DNA from: a virus
Length of the DNA: 64,000 nt
Virus record (IMG/VR): IMGVR_UViG_3300020472_001862
Location: 32,001-96,000 of that record
Reading direction: 5' to 3' (one strand)
The position numbers and the translations under genes were made by a program. Below the pieces are notes generated by a model that had not been told where the DNA came from, searched no databases, and saw nothing but the letters and a program-made list of their open reading frames with translations. This document shows positions 61,767-64,000 of the stretch, piece by piece; the first letter of the stretch is position 1; each line of letters begins with the position of its first letter.

Positions 61767-62393
61767 ATGGCAAAAAGACGTGACCCTAACTCGGCACACT
61801 ATATAGACAACAAGGAGTTCCTTGTAAAGATTAGTGCTTACCGAGAGGAAAGAATAGAAGCAGAAGAGAGTGGAGATGAAAGACCACAAGTAACAAATTA
61901 TATAGGCGAGTGCTTTGTTAAAATAGCAAACCACTTGGCTTATAAATCTAATTTTGTAAACTATACATTTAGAGATGAAATGATTTTGGATGGTATTGAA
62001 AACTGTCTTACATATATGGACAACTTTGATCCAGCAAAATCTAAAAATCCATTTGCATATTTTACACAAATCACATACTACGCTTTTATTAGGCGAATCC
62101 AAAAAGAAAAAAGACAAATGGAAACTAAGTTCAAGTATATTAAAAGCTTGGACATAGATCAAATCTTAGAACAGAGTGCAGACGGAAGTGAACACTCTAA
62201 TGATTACCTAAGTTATATGAGAGGTATGATTGAGCAAGCAGAGGCAGATAATTTAGCAGCAGATAAAGCCAATGCAGGTAAGAAGATGCCTAAGCGTAGA
62301 CCTAAATACTTAGATGAAAGAATTAAAGCCGAGGAGGCAGCTGCTAAGGAGAAGGAAGAAAACGGTCAACCAAACGACGAAATTATATCTTGA
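61767..62393 (+). CDS. gp55: Late-transcription sigma factor
   Basis: HYIDNKEF, YIGECF.KIA, NF.NYT.R.EMI.DG.EN, NPFAYFTQI.YYAF.RRI.KEK. Confidence 0.97.
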   Translation: MAKRRDPNSAHYIDNKEFLVKISAYREERIEAEESGDERPQVTNYIGECFVKIANHLAYKSNFVNYTFRDEMILDGIENCLTYMDNFDPAKSKNPFAYFTQITYYAFIRRIQKEKRQMETKFKYIKSLDIDQILEQSADGSEHSNDYLSYMRGMIEQAEADNLAADKANAGKKMPKRRPKYLDERIKAEEAAAKEKEENGQPNDEIIS

Positions 62394-62418
62394 TTGTTGG
62401 TTAGGTCGTATATATAAT
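62390..62418 (+). promoter_or_regulatory. Sigma70-type promoter for the queE operon
   Basis: TTGATT-17 bp-TATAAT, 8 nt before ATG 62427. Confidence 0.78.
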
Positions 62419-62426
62419 ATCATACT

Positions 62427-63305
62427 ATGAAACTGAGATACAGCGAAGCATTCTATAGCATACAAGGTGAAGGTAGATTCGTAGGAGTACCTAGTGTATT
62501 CTTAAGAGTTTTCGGTTGTAACTTTGAATGCGCTGGTTTTGGACAAGAGCGTGGCAAGTATATTGCTACAGACCAAATGCCTTATATGACAGATCCTAAA
62601 GGCGATAAAAATCACCCAGAAGCTTATAAAGATATTTCAGAACTTCCTGTTACACCTGTAGGTTGTGATAGTTCTGCTTCTTGGGCTATGAAATATAAAC
62701 ACTTACAAATGACTAAGACTGTAGATGAAGTGTTTGAACATATTGTAAGCCTTTTACCTAATGGAAGATTCGATGAACAAAATGATATACATTTGGTTAT
62801 TACAGGTGGTGAACCTTTACTCGGTTGGCAAAGAGTATGGCCTGAACTAATTAAAATGTGTATGGAAGTAGGATTGACTAATGTAACATTTGAAACTAAT
62901 GGAACACAATTAGTTAAACCTGAACTAACAGATTTCTTTAACGAAAATCGTGAGGGTGTACATGTAACTTGGAGTACATCTCCTAAGTTAAGTCTTAGTG
63001 GTGAGAAGAATGAAGATGCTTTAATACCTGATGCCTTAGTTACTATGAATACGGTTGAGAACTCTCACTTATATAATAAATTTGTCGTTAGAGATATAAC
63101 AGACTTTAAAGAAGTTGATAAGTTTTATCTAACTTATCAGAAAAGTGGTGTACAGATAGATGCTGTTTATTGTATGCCAGAAGGAGCAACATTAGAACAA
63201 CAAACATTAACTGCTAAAGGCGTAGCAGAAGCTTGTATGAAAACAGGATACAAGTTTAGCCCTCGATTACATATCGATTTATTTGGCAACGCGTGGGGTA
63301 CTTAA
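62427..63305 (+). CDS. queE: 7-carboxy-7-deazaguanine synthase (radical SAM)
   Basis: E.FYSIQGEG…G.PS.FLR..GCN..C…CDS, ITGGEP, ETNGT, SPKL, RLH. Confidence 0.92.
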   Translation: MKLRYSEAFYSIQGEGRFVGVPSVFLRVFGCNFECAGFGQERGKYIATDQMPYMTDPKGDKNHPEAYKDISELPVTPVGCDSSASWAMKYKHLQMTKTVDEVFEHIVSLLPNGRFDEQNDIHLVITGGEPLLGWQRVWPELIKMCMEVGLTNVTFETNGTQLVKPELTDFFNENREGVHVTWSTSPKLSLSGEKNEDALIPDALVTMNTVENSHLYNKFVVRDITDFKEVDKFYLTYQKSGVQIDAVYCMPEGATLEQQTLTAKGVAEACMKTGYKFSPRLHIDLFGNAWGT

Positions 63306-63515
63306 ATGAAATGGAAAGATATTAAAGAAACATTGTGGGGACAAAATCCTCAGAAAGATATTGATACATGGAAAGAGCCAGATCCAGATGATTTAAATAT
63401 AGACAATGCTTATAAGACTAGGTGGATTTGGTATCATACTATATTAGCAGTGGAGCTATTCCTAGTAGTTATTATTCAACTGTTAATACTATTTTTATTG
63501 GCGGTAAAACTATGA
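63306..63515 (+). CDS. Small membrane protein
   Basis: 69 aa with a C-terminal TM helix. Confidence 0.65.
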   Translation: MKWKDIKETLWGQNPQKDIDTWKEPDPDDLNIDNAYKTRWIWYHTILAVELFLVVIIQLLILFLLAVKL

Positions 63516-63937
63516 CAGGTGACGCAACAAAACTTTATATATCATGGGAAGATGTTAATCAACTAGTCTTTAAATTATTTAAGGAGTTAGGAAAACAAGA
63601 TATAGATAAAGTGGTAGGTATATCACGAGGTGGATTAATACCTGGTGTTATGCTTTCACATTGGCTAGGATCAGGCTTTGAACCTCTTGAATGGCAAACC
63701 AGAGATGGTGAGTTTCAAGATAGGATTAAAGCCAACGGATTCAACAAAAATTTAAAAGGTACTATTTTTGTTGATGATATATGCGATAGTGCCTTAACAA
63801 TAAAACAGATCAAGGAAATTATTCCAAACAGCAGGTGGGCTGTATTACACCAAAAAGCAGACATAGAGCTTGACTTTGTAGGCGAAAGACTGCATAATAA
63901 CGACAAAAGATGGATAGTTTACCCTTGGGAAACATAA
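63512..63937 (+). CDS. Purine phosphoribosyltransferase (Gpt-like)
   Basis: SRGGLIPG, PRPP motif FVDDICDSALT, WIVYPWE. Confidence 0.88.
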   Translation: MTGDATKLYISWEDVNQLVFKLFKELGKQDIDKVVGISRGGLIPGVMLSHWLGSGFEPLEWQTRDGEFQDRIKANGFNKNLKGTIFVDDICDSALTIKQIKEIIPNSRWAVLHQKADIELDFVGERLHNNDKRWIVYPWET

Positions 63938-63955
63938 TCTCATACAGGAGAAAAA

Positions 63956-64000
63956 ATGAAAATAAGCGATAAAATAAAACAGAGATTGGAGTTGGACAGT
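63956..64000 (+). CDS. Start of next gene (truncated; possibly GTP cyclohydrolase I)
   Basis: AGGAG SD then MKISDKIKQRLELDS; identity guessed from context only. Confidence 0.35.
   Translation, partial: MKISDKIKQRLELDS

Noticed and set aside
1-64000. tRNA genes, introns, inteins, homing endonucleases
   Set aside because: None recognised by eye; gp17, gp20, gp23, uvsW and thyX appear uninterrupted. tRNAscan and intein HMMs were not run.

Overview
The window is a 64-kb, AT-rich segment of a large T4-like myovirus genome, apparently an aquatic/marine type. It runs from the gp32 ssDNA-binding gene through the baseplate, tail, neck, terminase and head module (gp26, 54, 2, 4, 48, 53, 5, 25, 6, 7, 8, VrlC-like, 13-23, 3) to uvsY, uvsW, gp55 and the start of a 7-deazaguanine (queE) cluster. 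Accessory content: a fatty-acid desaturase, 2OG-Fe(II) oxygenase-like genes, a free lysozyme, iscU/iscA, thyX, a sigma70-driven DNA-ligase island, and a late operon of paralogous glycosyltransferase-like genes with a degenerate GT/radical-SAM fusion and a methyltransferase-like gene. The strongest non-obvious signals are: (1) a glnA-class glutamine riboswitch directly behind a T4 late promoter and in front of a YRG-repeat (DUF4278-like) peptide; (2) a probable -1 programmed frameshift (T TTT TTC) fusing gp26 to the gp51-like ORF just upstream of the putative tape measure; (3) a candidate virion-glycosylation system (palindromic bidirectional late promoter shared by the GT operon and fibre genes, a mirror-symmetric Y-x-G repeat protein, a mucin-like insert); (4) shared terminal docking motifs in fibre proteins; (5) apparently leaderless transcripts. 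All assignments come from motif recognition and synteny by eye; no database searches were run.
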